DNA from: an uncultured Planctomycetales bacterium
GTDB taxonomy: Bacteria; Planctomycetota; Phycisphaerae; UBA1845; Fen-1342
NCBI GenBank assembly: GCA_964401365.1
Contig: CAYNYG010000001.1
Coordinates: 139,254 to 203,253 of the forward strand
DNA: 64,000 nucleotides
Direction: 5' to 3'
Part shown: positions 48,138 through 56,805 of the stretch, piece after piece
Numbering within the stretch: position 1 is the stretch's first letter
How the letters are laid out: each line of letters starts with the position of its first letter
Program-made: the position numbers and the translations under genes
The notes under the pieces: model-generated
Told to the model about the DNA's origin: nothing
The model's database searches: none
The model's input: the letters and a program-made list of their open reading frames with translations, nothing else

Positions 48138-48787
48138 TCCTTCTCCTCAGCGGCGCCTTCCGGTTTCTCCTTCGCGACCCGCCCGATCACCTCTGGCTCG
48201 GCAGCCTCGCCCTCGACGGCGGCCGGGGCCTCGGTCACGGCCACCCCGGCGGCCCGCACGACCGCGATGACTTCGTCGGGTCCGTGCAGGATGCGGACGT
48301 CGGGCGGCGCGACGACGTCCCGGACGTGGAGCTGGGAGCCCAGCGCCATGTCCGACACGTTCACGCGGATGCTGTCCGGAATCGCCAGCAACAGGCACTC
48401 GACGTGCAGCTCGCCCAGCACGTGGACCAGCACGCCACCCTCAGCCTGGCCCTTGGCGGTGCCGCGGAACTCGAGCGGCACCTTCACCTCGACCCGCTCG
48501 TCGGCGCGGACGCGCATGAGATCGACGTGCAGCGGCGCAATGCCCAGGTGGTCGTACTCGACTTCCTTGATGAGGTAGCGCTGCGACGCGCCGCCGGAAC
48601 GCTTCAGCTCCAGCACGTGCTTCTTGGCGCCCAGCACCAGCTCGAGGTCATGCCGGGCCACGGCGACACACTCGTTGCTCTCGCCGTGCCCGTAGATGAC
48701 GGCCGGAACGTAGCCCGCGCGGCGCAGCCGCCGATTGGCGTGCCGGCCGCCCGGCTGCCGCGGTTGCGCTTCGATTACGTCGGTCAT
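48134..48787 (-). CDS. rplY: 50S ribosomal protein L25 / general stress protein Ctc
   Basis: RRAGYVPAVIYGHGESNECVAVARHDLELVL...GVLVHVLGELHVECL with an acidic C-terminal tail. Confidence 0.8.
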   Translation of the reverse strand: MTDVIEAQPRQPGGRHANRRLRRAGYVPAVIYGHGESNECVAVARHDLELVLGAKKHVLELKRSGGASQRYLIKEVEYDHLGIAPLHVDLMRVRADERVEVKVPLEFRGTAKGQAEGGVLVHVLGELHVECLLLAIPDSIRVNVSDMALGSQLHVRDVVAPPDVRILHGPDEVIAVVRAAGVAVTEAPAAVEGEAAEPEVIGRVAKEKPEGAAEEKE

Positions 48788-48838
48788 GTCAACTCCTTCG
48801 TCGTCGCACTCGGCGCCGGACCGCGTCCGGTCGCCGGA

Positions 48839-49783
48839 TCAATTCATGAACAGGCTGCTCACGGATTCATTGTGATGGATGCGCCGGATCGCTTCCCCCA
48901 GAAGCTCGCTGACGCTCAGCACCGTGACGCGCGGCAGGCGGCGGCGAGCCTCGTCCGACAGCGGGATCGTGTCCGTCACGGCCAGGTCGTCGATCGGCGC
49001 GGCCGACAACCGCTCCAGCGCCGGACCGCACAGGACGCCGTGCGTCGCCGCGACGATGATGCGCTTCGCGCCGTGCTGGCGCACGACCTTGGCGGCCTCG
49101 CACACGGTCCCGGCGGTCGCGATCATGTCGTCCACCATGAAGACCGTCTTGCCCTTCACGTCCCCGATGATCGTGTTGACGATCGTGTCCGTGCCGTTGA
49201 TGCGCCGCTTGTCGAGGATCGCCAGCTCCCCTTCGACCCGCCGCGCATAGACTCGCGCGCGCTTCAGGTTCCCTACGTCCGGGCTTACCAGCGCGATCGG
49301 CCCATCCCGCTGCGACATCAGGTACTGCGTGATGATCGGTTCGCTCGACAGGTGGTCCACCGGGATGTCGAAAAAACCCTGAATCTGGGCCGCGTGCAGG
49401 TCCAGCGCCAGCACGCGGTCCGCCCCGGCCGTGGTCAACAGGTTGGCCACCAGCTTGGCCGTGATCGGGACGCGCCCCTCGTCCTTGCGGTCCTGCCGGG
49501 CATACCCGAAGTAAGGCATCACGGCGGTGATGCGCCGCGCCGATGCACGCCGCAGGCAGTCGATGAACGTGAGCAGCTCGATCAAGCGGTCGTTCACCGG
49601 TGTGCAGGTCGACTGCACGATGAACGCGTCCCGGCCGCGCACGTCCTCCATCAGCTTGAGCGAGATCTCGCCGTCCGGAAAGTTGTCGATCAGCGCGCCA
49701 CCGAGCGGAATCCCGAGATAATCGCAGATCTTCCGCGCCAGGGCGGGGTTGCTGCGGCCGCTGAACACGCGCAGGTTGGTCAT
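48839..49783 (-). CDS. prs: Ribose-phosphate pyrophosphokinase
   Basis: MTNLRVFSGRSNPALARKICDYLGIPLG...VMPYFGYARQDRK...VFMVDDMIATAGTVCEAA. GGGGAG RBS. ATGA overlaps the stop of the upstream gene. Confidence 0.9.
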   Translation of the reverse strand: MTNLRVFSGRSNPALARKICDYLGIPLGGALIDNFPDGEISLKLMEDVRGRDAFIVQSTCTPVNDRLIELLTFIDCLRRASARRITAVMPYFGYARQDRKDEGRVPITAKLVANLLTTAGADRVLALDLHAAQIQGFFDIPVDHLSSEPIITQYLMSQRDGPIALVSPDVGNLKRARVYARRVEGELAILDKRRINGTDTIVNTIIGDVKGKTVFMVDDMIATAGTVCEAAKVVRQHGAKRIIVAATHGVLCGPALERLSAAPIDDLAVTDTIPLSDEARRRLPRVTVLSVSELLGEAIRRIHHNESVSSLFMN

Positions 49784-50748
49784 GACGGACTCCCCGGGAA
49801 TGGGCCGACCACAGCGCCGTCGGCAATCACCGCGCCGGCGGCCACGGACGCGAACGGACCCACCAGGCAGCCGCCGCCGATGCGCGCGCCGCGCCCGATG
49901 CGGCAGAAAGGATGAATCACCGTGTCCGCCCCGAACCGCACCCCGTCCTCGATCCACGTCAGCGACGGCGCGACCAGCGTCACGCCGGCCTCCATCGCCG
50001 CCTGCTGGATGCGGCGCTGAAGCGTCTCGTTGATCAGCGCCAGCTCGTGTCGCGCGTTGATGCTGCGCACCTCGTCCGCCGGCACCGCGGCGAATGCCTC
50101 CACCGGGCGCCCCCGTCGCAACAGACCCGCGAACGCGTCGGTGAGGTAATACTCACCCTTCGCGTTGTCGGGCGAAAGCTCATCCAGCGCGCTCAGCAGA
50201 TCCGCCGTGCGGAACGCGTAGTAGCTCGGGTTGACCTCGCGCACCGCACGCTGCGCCGGCGTGCAGTCGTTGTGCTCCACGATGCGCACAAAGCGGCCGT
50301 CCGCGTCCCGGAGTATGCGGCCATAGCCCGTCGGGTCGTTAAGCTCCGCGGTCGCCAGCGTCGCCGCCGCCCCGCTCGCAACGTGCCGCCCCACCAGGGC
50401 CCGCAGCGTTGTCCCGCGGATCAGCGGCCCGTCGCCGCAGACCACCAGCACGTGCTCGAACCCCTGGATCGCTTCACGGGCGCAGCCGACCGCGTGCCCA
50501 GTCCCCTTCTGCTCCGCCTGCTCCACCCAGCGAAGCCCCGGTTCGCCGGCGAATGCCGCGATGACCGACTCCTTGCGGTGGCCCACCACCACCACACACT
50601 CGACGGCGCCCGCCGCGCGGCACGCGTCCACGACGTACGCCAGCATCGGTCGCCCGCACACCGGATGCAGGACCTTCGGCAGCTCGCTGCGCATGCGCGT
50701 GCTCTTGCCCGCCGCCAGGATCACCGCCGCCATGCCCGATTGCGACAT
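49780..50748 (-). CDS. glmU: GlmU-family sugar-1-phosphate nucleotidyltransferase with short left-handed beta-helix tail (GlmU-like)
   Basis: MAAVILAAGKSTRMRSELPKVLHPVCGRPMLAYVVD and LVVCGDGPLI are nucleotidyltransferase motifs. The C-terminal hexapeptide-repeat region is only ~60 aa (IGRGARIGGGCLVGPFASVAAGAVIADGAVVGPF), which is much shorter than a canonical GlmU acetyltransferase domain. The start is set at MSQSGM or MAAVIL. Confidence 0.7.
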   Translation of the reverse strand: MSQSGMAAVILAAGKSTRMRSELPKVLHPVCGRPMLAYVVDACRAAGAVECVVVVGHRKESVIAAFAGEPGLRWVEQAEQKGTGHAVGCAREAIQGFEHVLVVCGDGPLIRGTTLRALVGRHVASGAAATLATAELNDPTGYGRILRDADGRFVRIVEHNDCTPAQRAVREVNPSYYAFRTADLLSALDELSPDNAKGEYYLTDAFAGLLRRGRPVEAFAAVPADEVRSINARHELALINETLQRRIQQAAMEAGVTLVAPSLTWIEDGVRFGADTVIHPFCRIGRGARIGGGCLVGPFASVAAGAVIADGAVVGPFPGSPS

Positions 50749-50801
50749 CTCGCCTGCCACACGAACCGCGCCGCCGGGCGGCACGGTTCAACAGCCCACA
50801 T

Positions 50802-50873
50802 CTACCCGGCCTGGACTCGAACCAGGACAAACAGGACCAAAACCTGTTGTGCTACCGATTACACCACCGGGTA
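50802..50873 (-). tRNA. tRNA-Gln (anticodon UUG)
   Basis: The minus strand reads TACCCGGTGGTGTAATCGGTAGCACAACAGGTTTTGGTCCTGTTTGTCCTGGTTCGAGTCCAGGCCGGGTAG, with a 7-bp acceptor, anticodon stem ACAGG/CCTGT, loop TTTTGGT and a TTCGAGT T-loop. Confidence 0.75.
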
Positions 50874-51270
50874 TCGGTACGGCGTCGCGGATGCGCGCCC
50901 GACCGGGCCCGACGATTGCGACATGGGGCGCGCGGGGCACGCGCACCTGCCGCACTTCGCACTTTCCGCGCGACGCCTGTTTCGAGACGGCCAACGGTCC
51001 ACGCTCGCGGGGAGGACCCGTTCGGAGGCCTGAGCTGCCTGCCGCGAGGCCAGGCAGTCCATTACGGCGCCGGCGTTGCCGGCCCGCGCGCCCCGTGCGA
51101 ACGGGTGAATGCTCGGCGATGGCCTGCCGAGCCGGGTAATTCTCGCGCAGAGGGGCGCTGCTGTCAAGCCCGCGACGGGAGGGTATCCTGTGATTCACAC
51201 GCGGTTGCGAGTGTTCGCCCGGGGCCGAAACGCGGTCCCGCGGGCTTCTTTTTTGCCGCTTGAGGAATCC

Positions 51271-54200
51271 GTGCTCACACGATCGACCCGCGCCACGTTC
51301 GCTCCGATCCGGTCTCCGCGCGGCTCTACGGGCTGGGCGGTGATCGCCGCGCTCGGCCTCGTCTCGGTTGCCACTGCCCAGGTTCCGACGAGCTTGCCGG
51401 AATGGACCGACGGCGCCGCTGACTACGACGTCCCCTTCTTCGACGGCGCCGCCTACGACGCCGCTGTGAAGACACCCGACCAGGTGCTGGGCTTCCCGCT
51501 GGGGTCGCGGCCGGTGACGCACGCCCAGCTCGAGCGCTGCCTGTCGGCCTGGGGCGGTCACCCGCGCGTCGCGGTCCAGTCGTACGCGCAGACCCACGAG
51601 CGCCGAAAACTCTATTACGCGGTCATCACCTCCCCGGGCAACCACGCGCGGCTGGCGCGGATTCGCGAGACGATCGGCATGCTGGCGGATCCGCGCAAGC
51701 TGCCGGCCGACGCCGACGCGGCGCGGCTGATCGCGGACTGTCCCGCGATCGCCTGGATGGCCTACAGCATCCACGGCGACGAGCTGTCCAGCACCGACGC
51801 CGCGCTCGCCGTCACGTACCACCTGATCGCCTCGAACGACGCCGACGTCGCGTCGGTCCTGGACCAGCTCGTGGTAGTGATCGACCCGCTCATGAACCCC
51901 GACGGCCGCGACCGTTTCATTCACCAGATCGACGGTTTCCGCGGCTACACGCCCTGCTTCGACGCGGCGGGCATGCAGCACGGGGGACGCTGGCCCTACG
52001 GGCGCGGCAACCACTACTACGTCGACATGAACCGCGACTGGATTCTCGGCACGCAGCCGGAAACGCGCGGCCGGCAGAAGGCCATCGCCGAATGGAACCC
52101 GCAACTGCTGGTCGACTCCCACGAGATGGGCTCCGAGGACACCTACCTCTTCAATCCCCCGCGCGAGCCCTTCAACCCCAACCTCTCCCCGATGATCAAC
52201 AAGTGGTGGACCGTCTTTGCGGCCGACCAGGCCCGCGCCTTCGACCGCTTCGGGTGGAGCTACTACACGCGCGAATGGCTCGAATACTGGTACCCTGGCT
52301 ACTCGGATTCCTGGGGCTCCTTCCGCGGCGCCATCGGCATGCTCTATGAGCAGGCGCGCGTCGGCGGCGGCGCGCTGCGCCAACCCTCCGGGCGCGTGCT
52401 CACCTATCGCGAAACCGTGCATCACCAGGCCGTCAGCAGCCTGGCCAACCTGCACACGCTGCGCGACCACCGCGTCGAAATCCTGACCGACTTCTTCGAG
52501 CACGCACGCCAGGCCGTCCAGACCGGGGGCGACGCCCACGGCAGCGCCACGCCGCGCCGCGCCGACGCCGGCCGCGTCTTCGTGCTGGTGCCAGGAACGA
52601 ACCGGAGCCGCGAGGCGGTGTTCCTCGACAACCTCGCCAACCAGGGCATCGAGATCGCCGTAGCGACCGCCGACTTCACCGCCGGCCCCGCCTACAACGG
52701 GCTGCGCGAGTGCGTCCCCGAGCGGGCGTTTCCGGCCGGAAGCTGGCTGATCACGCTGCGCCAACCTGCGGCGCGCCTGGCGGGGGCCATCCTGGACTTC
52801 GATCCGCGCGTCTCCGACGCGTTCCTTCAGGACGAGCGCCACGAGCTCGAGACTCGCCGCCAGTCGCGCATCTACGACGTCAGCGGGTGGTCGGTGCCGC
52901 TGGCCGCGGCGCTGGACGCGTGGTGGATCGCCGCGGACGTCTCCGTTGCCACGCGACCCTACGCGCCGTCTGCGCCCGCGACGCCCTCCATCTCCGCCGC
53001 CGCCCCCGTGGCCGACGTCGTCACGGCCCCGCGCATCTACGGCTACGTGATCGACGGGGGCGACGATCGCTGTCCCGTCGCCGCCGCGCACCTGACGCTT
53101 GCGGGCGTCCGCGTCCGCGTCGCGCTGAAGGACTTCCGCGCAGAAGGCCGCTTCTTCCCCCGTGGCAGCCTCCTGATGCGCGCCCACGAGAACGCCGCCA
53201 ACCTGCCCCAGCGGCTCGGCGCGGCGCTGGCCGCCGCCGGCATCGACGCCTTCAGCGTCACCACCGGACTGAGCCGCGACGACGGTCCCGACCTCGGCGG
53301 CGGCGAGTTCGTGCTGCTGGCCGCGCCGCACGTCGCGCTGTTCGGCAACGCGCCGGTCGACACGGTCGCGTTCGGAGGGGTCTGGCAGCTCCTGGACCGC
53401 GGATTGGGCATGCCCGTTACGCTGTTCGACGCCGGCCGCGACGCGCCGGACCTGCGACGCTGCAACGTGCTCATCCTGCCCCCGGTCGAAGGAGACGCCG
53501 ACGACGCGTACGGCCCGATGCGCGACGAGCTGAAGAGCTGGGTCGAGGCGGGCGGCACGCTCATCGCGCTCGACAACGCCGTGTCGCCCTTCGTCCACGC
53601 CGATAAGGACAAGGCGGCCATCAGCGCGGTGCGCTACCGTCAGGACGCGCTCCCGCAGCTTGCCGCCTACGCGCGCGCGGTCGACCGGGAGCGATCGGCG
53701 GGACGGTCGCAGGTGGACCCGGCGGAGGTATGGGGCAGCCTCCCGCACAACGGCGCGACACAGCCCGCCGGCACCCGCGACGACAACCAGCGCGCCGCGG
53801 AGGACGCCGAACCTGCGGACGAGGAAAGCGGCGACCACGCCGCCGAGCTGGACGAATATCGCCGCGTCTTCTCGCCCGGCGGCGTCATCGTCCGGGCCGA
53901 CCTCGACACCGAGCACTGGATCACGTTCGGCTGCGTGCCGCAACGCTGGACGCCCACGCCGCGCTCCGCCGCGGTCACGCTGCCGCTGCCCTTTCCGCCC
54001 GCGCCGAGTGAGCTGCCGGTGTTCTTCAGCGGCGGGGGTGTGCTGCTTTCCAGGCACCCGGTCCAGACGCCGGTTCGGCTGGCGCCGCGCGAGCGGCTGC
54101 GGCTCAGCGGACTGCTGTGGCCCGAGGCGGCGCTACGCATGGCGGACAGCGCGTACCTCACCGTCGAGCGCATCGGACACGGACAGTTGATCCTCGTCGC

Positions 54201-54303
54201 CTGCGACCCGAACTTCCGCGGCTACTTCGCCGGATCGCGGCGCCTGTTGGTCAACGCGGTCGTCTTCGGACCCGGCTGCGGCACCAGCCCGGCCCCGCCG
54301 TAA
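51271..54303 (+). CDS. Large secreted M14-family zinc carboxypeptidase-like protein
   Basis: GTG start with a GAGGAA RBS. Signal peptide VLTRSTRATFAPIRSPRGSTGWAVIAALGLVSVATAQ. M14 motifs: IAWMAYSIHGDELSSTDAAL (zinc ligands HxxE), NPDGRD and LLVDSHEMGSE. A ~600-aa C-terminal extension follows. The opposite-strand ORF 50788..54057 is spurious. Confidence 0.75.
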   Translation: MLTRSTRATFAPIRSPRGSTGWAVIAALGLVSVATAQVPTSLPEWTDGAADYDVPFFDGAAYDAAVKTPDQVLGFPLGSRPVTHAQLERCLSAWGGHPRVAVQSYAQTHERRKLYYAVITSPGNHARLARIRETIGMLADPRKLPADADAARLIADCPAIAWMAYSIHGDELSSTDAALAVTYHLIASNDADVASVLDQLVVVIDPLMNPDGRDRFIHQIDGFRGYTPCFDAAGMQHGGRWPYGRGNHYYVDMNRDWILGTQPETRGRQKAIAEWNPQLLVDSHEMGSEDTYLFNPPREPFNPNLSPMINKWWTVFAADQARAFDRFGWSYYTREWLEYWYPGYSDSWGSFRGAIGMLYEQARVGGGALRQPSGRVLTYRETVHHQAVSSLANLHTLRDHRVEILTDFFEHARQAVQTGGDAHGSATPRRADAGRVFVLVPGTNRSREAVFLDNLANQGIEIAVATADFTAGPAYNGLRECVPERAFPAGSWLITLRQPAARLAGAILDFDPRVSDAFLQDERHELETRRQSRIYDVSGWSVPLAAALDAWWIAADVSVATRPYAPSAPATPSISAAAPVADVVTAPRIYGYVIDGGDDRCPVAAAHLTLAGVRVRVALKDFRAEGRFFPRGSLLMRAHENAANLPQRLGAALAAAGIDAFSVTTGLSRDDGPDLGGGEFVLLAAPHVALFGNAPVDTVAFGGVWQLLDRGLGMPVTLFDAGRDAPDLRRCNVLILPPVEGDADDAYGPMRDELKSWVEAGGTLIALDNAVSPFVHADKDKAAISAVRYRQDALPQLAAYARAVDRERSAGRSQVDPAEVWGSLPHNGATQPAGTRDDNQRAAEDAEPADEESGDHAAELDEYRRVFSPGGVIVRADLDTEHWITFGCVPQRWTPTPRSAAVTLPLPFPPAPSELPVFFSGGGVLLSRHPVQTPVRLAPRERLRLSGLLWPEAALRMADSAYLTVERIGHGQLILVACDPNFRGYFAGSRRLLVNAVVFGPGCGTSPAPP

Positions 54304-54343
54304 GGACGCGCGCCGTCCCGCTCAGGCCGGCCCCTTCGCGCCC

Positions 54344-54916
54344 TCAGCGCTTGCGCTTGTACGTGCCCGTCATCTCCAGTTTCTTGGCCAGGCGCAGACC
54401 GTCGGTCCACTCCTCCATGCGCCAGTCGAGCGTGTCATTGTCGACCACGCGCAGAACGTAGCGCCCGTCGCTTCGCGTCCCGTCCAGCCCCGTTCCCTCA
54501 TAGTCCATCGTCCACGTGCGCGTGCCCGCGTCGTATCGTGCCGAGCCCTCCTGCGAGTAGCCCCAGTCGCTGACCATGAAGAACTCGTAGCGGCCCTCGC
54601 GGGCATTCCAGCCCCACGCCCCGCCCGCACCGAACTCGGCCCGCGAGCACTTGGCCGACAGCCGTCCACCCAGCCAGCGCTCGCCCAGCTCCCACTTCCA
54701 TTCCGCCGTGCCGCTCCACTTCCGGTCCGGCTCCTCGGCATTGAGCAGCTCGGCCTCCCAGGTCCACGAGCCCACCAGGTTGTCGAAGGCGCTCAGTTCC
54801 GCCGCCCGCGCCGGCCGTGAGATCTGGGATAGATCGAGCTTTCCGGCGGCGCAGCCGGTGAGCAGCGCCCAGCCAACGCACCCGAGAACGACGATGCGAC
54901 CGCGTTGAATCGTCAT
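54344..54916 (-). CDS. DUF1579-like lipoprotein (hypothetical)
   Basis: Lipobox ALLTGCAAG. Trp-rich (WTWEAELLNAEEPDRKWSGTAEWKWELGERWLGGRL). The DUF1579 assignment is tentative. Confidence 0.55.
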   Translation of the reverse strand: MTIQRGRIVVLGCVGWALLTGCAAGKLDLSQISRPARAAELSAFDNLVGSWTWEAELLNAEEPDRKWSGTAEWKWELGERWLGGRLSAKCSRAEFGAGGAWGWNAREGRYEFFMVSDWGYSQEGSARYDAGTRTWTMDYEGTGLDGTRSDGRYVLRVVDNDTLDWRMEEWTDGLRLAKKLEMTGTYKRKR

Positions 54917-55116
54917 GGCGACACCTCAACCTGAGACATGGATGGCCGCCGGTCCACAAGCGGTCCGGTCGGCAAGCGCGGATCATGCCCGCCCGACGCA
55001 CGCGCGGCAAGCGGCGAGGTCGCGCCCCGACCGCCAAGCCCCGCGCCACGCGGCATCGACGCGCCGCCCGACGCCCGCCCGCGCAGAACTCCGCTCCGCG
55101 CAGCGCCCACGGCCGC

Positions 55117-56805
55117 TCAGACGCGCTGCAACGATTCTTGCACACGCCCCCCAGGCGCGCCCGGCGCCTGCCTGCGGCGCGCCACGATGCGCGTCAGTCC
55201 CGCCTCGGTATGAAAGTCGAGAATGGCGAGCCCCGCTTCGGCGCAGGCGGCCGCGATCTGCCGCGGCTGAAGCATCGGAACCGCGGGCAGCAGCCGGCGC
55301 GGTGGCTGGTACGCGACCACCGCACCGCAGGCGCCGCGCAGCGCTTCACGCAGCGTCCCGAGCGGATCGGGCAGGCACTCCAGGTGCGGGATGAGCACCG
55401 CCGCGCCGCCGTCGGGCACGCTGACGTCTCCGCCGCCCGGAGCCATGGCTCGCTCCTCGGGCAGCGCCGGCCCGATCCTGACGGTCGCGCCGCTCGAGTC
55501 GAGCGGCGCGACGTGACGCCAGATCGCAGACGCCAGCCGGGCGGGCCAGGCGGCGCGGCGCGGCGGCTGCGCGAGCACGCTTCGCTCGGCATCGGTCACG
55601 GCGAAGCAGGGCGGGGCGAACGCCGGACGAGCCGAGGCCGGATCGGCCCGCAGCGCAGCGACCGACCGGTCGAGGATCGGTCCCAAGCGCGGATCGAGCT
55701 CGGCGAAGAGCTCGGACGTGGCGCGATGCAGGTGTCTGAGATAGTCGCCGAAGCCAGGGGTGTGGATGAGTCGCGGAAACCGGCGCGAGGATTCCGGAGA
55801 CGACGGTGCGTCGGACGCGGCGCGCGCGTCGCTCAGGCCCGCGGGAGCGGGGAAAACCAGCTCGAGGGCCGGGCCGGCCGGCCAGCGCGGGTGGGCGGCG
55901 TCGACACACGCCCGGAGCGCGCGCCCCAGCAGCGCATCCCGCTGCGCGTCGTCGATGAACGGCCAGCGCGACAAAGCGTACGACAGGTCGCGCCACGCGT
56001 GGTGAAACCAGAGCAGCAGCGACACGGCGCATACGTCCGCGTGCGGGCTGTGAAGCGTCTGCGAGAGCGTTTGCAGGCAGTAGGTGCGGTTGACGTCGAG
56101 CTTCGCGGCCAGGCCGGGGAAACTCTCCAGCAGGTGTCGCTGGCGTTGAAACGCGTAGCTCCAGCGCAGTTCGAGCACCGTCCGCAGGGAATCGCGCCGC
56201 TCATGCCACGCGACGGCCGCCGGCTGGTAGCGAAGGGTGAACCCCGCGTGCCGCAGGCGCTGACACAGGTCGGAGTCCTCGTAGTAGCGCAGGTCGGGCA
56301 GGTAGCCACCGACGGCGCGCAGCGCGTCGCCGCGGGCCAGCATCTCGCTGACAAGCATGAAGGGGTTGTCGAAGGCCGCCGGACCCCAGTTGTGGGGCAT
56401 GTTGACGGCTCGCCAGCGGTCGGCCGCCGTGTAGACCCGCTCCTCGGTGCGTCCCCCCACGGCGGCCAGCAGCCGTGGGGCGTCGCGGAGCGCGTCGAGC
56501 AGCGCCGCCAGCCAGCCGGGCTCGAGGGTCGCGTCGGAGTCGCAGCTCGCCAGCCACGGCGTCTCGCACGCCGCCAGCGCTAGGTTGCGCGCGTGCCCGA
56601 GGAAGCCCTCACGCTGCTCGACGACGCCGACGCCGGCGGCGCGGGCCATGGCCAGCGTGTCGTCGCGCGAGCGCGTGTCGGCGACGACGACGACCTTCGC
56701 GGGCCGGGCGGTCTGGCCACGGATGGACCGAAGCGTCTCCGCCAGCGTCGCGGCACTGTCGCGCGCCGGAACGTAGAGCGTCACCTCGGCGGCGCTGACG
56801 CTCAT
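55117..56805 (-). CDS. Family-2 glycosyltransferase with ~400-aa C-terminal extension of unknown function
   Basis: MSVSAAEVTLYVPARDSAATLAETLRSIRGQTARPAKVVVVADTRSRDDT...ASCDSDATLEPGW has the GT-A fold and a DxD motif. The start is set at MSVS (ATG 56805), 4 nt from the upstream gene stop (ATGA). Confidence 0.7.
   Translation of the reverse strand: MSVSAAEVTLYVPARDSAATLAETLRSIRGQTARPAKVVVVADTRSRDDTLAMARAAGVGVVEQREGFLGHARNLALAACETPWLASCDSDATLEPGWLAALLDALRDAPRLLAAVGGRTEERVYTAADRWRAVNMPHNWGPAAFDNPFMLVSEMLARGDALRAVGGYLPDLRYYEDSDLCQRLRHAGFTLRYQPAAVAWHERRDSLRTVLELRWSYAFQRQRHLLESFPGLAAKLDVNRTYCLQTLSQTLHSPHADVCAVSLLLWFHHAWRDLSYALSRWPFIDDAQRDALLGRALRACVDAAHPRWPAGPALELVFPAPAGLSDARAASDAPSSPESSRRFPRLIHTPGFGDYLRHLHRATSELFAELDPRLGPILDRSVAALRADPASARPAFAPPCFAVTDAERSVLAQPPRRAAWPARLASAIWRHVAPLDSSGATVRIGPALPEERAMAPGGGDVSVPDGGAAVLIPHLECLPDPLGTLREALRGACGAVVAYQPPRRLLPAVPMLQPRQIAAACAEAGLAILDFHTEAGLTRIVARRRQAPGAPGGRVQESLQRV

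Noticed and set aside
50788-54057. 1089-aa minus-strand ORF
   Set aside because: It is antisense to the M14 carboxypeptidase gene, which has clear zinc-ligand motifs and a signal peptide. It has low-complexity Arg-rich composition.
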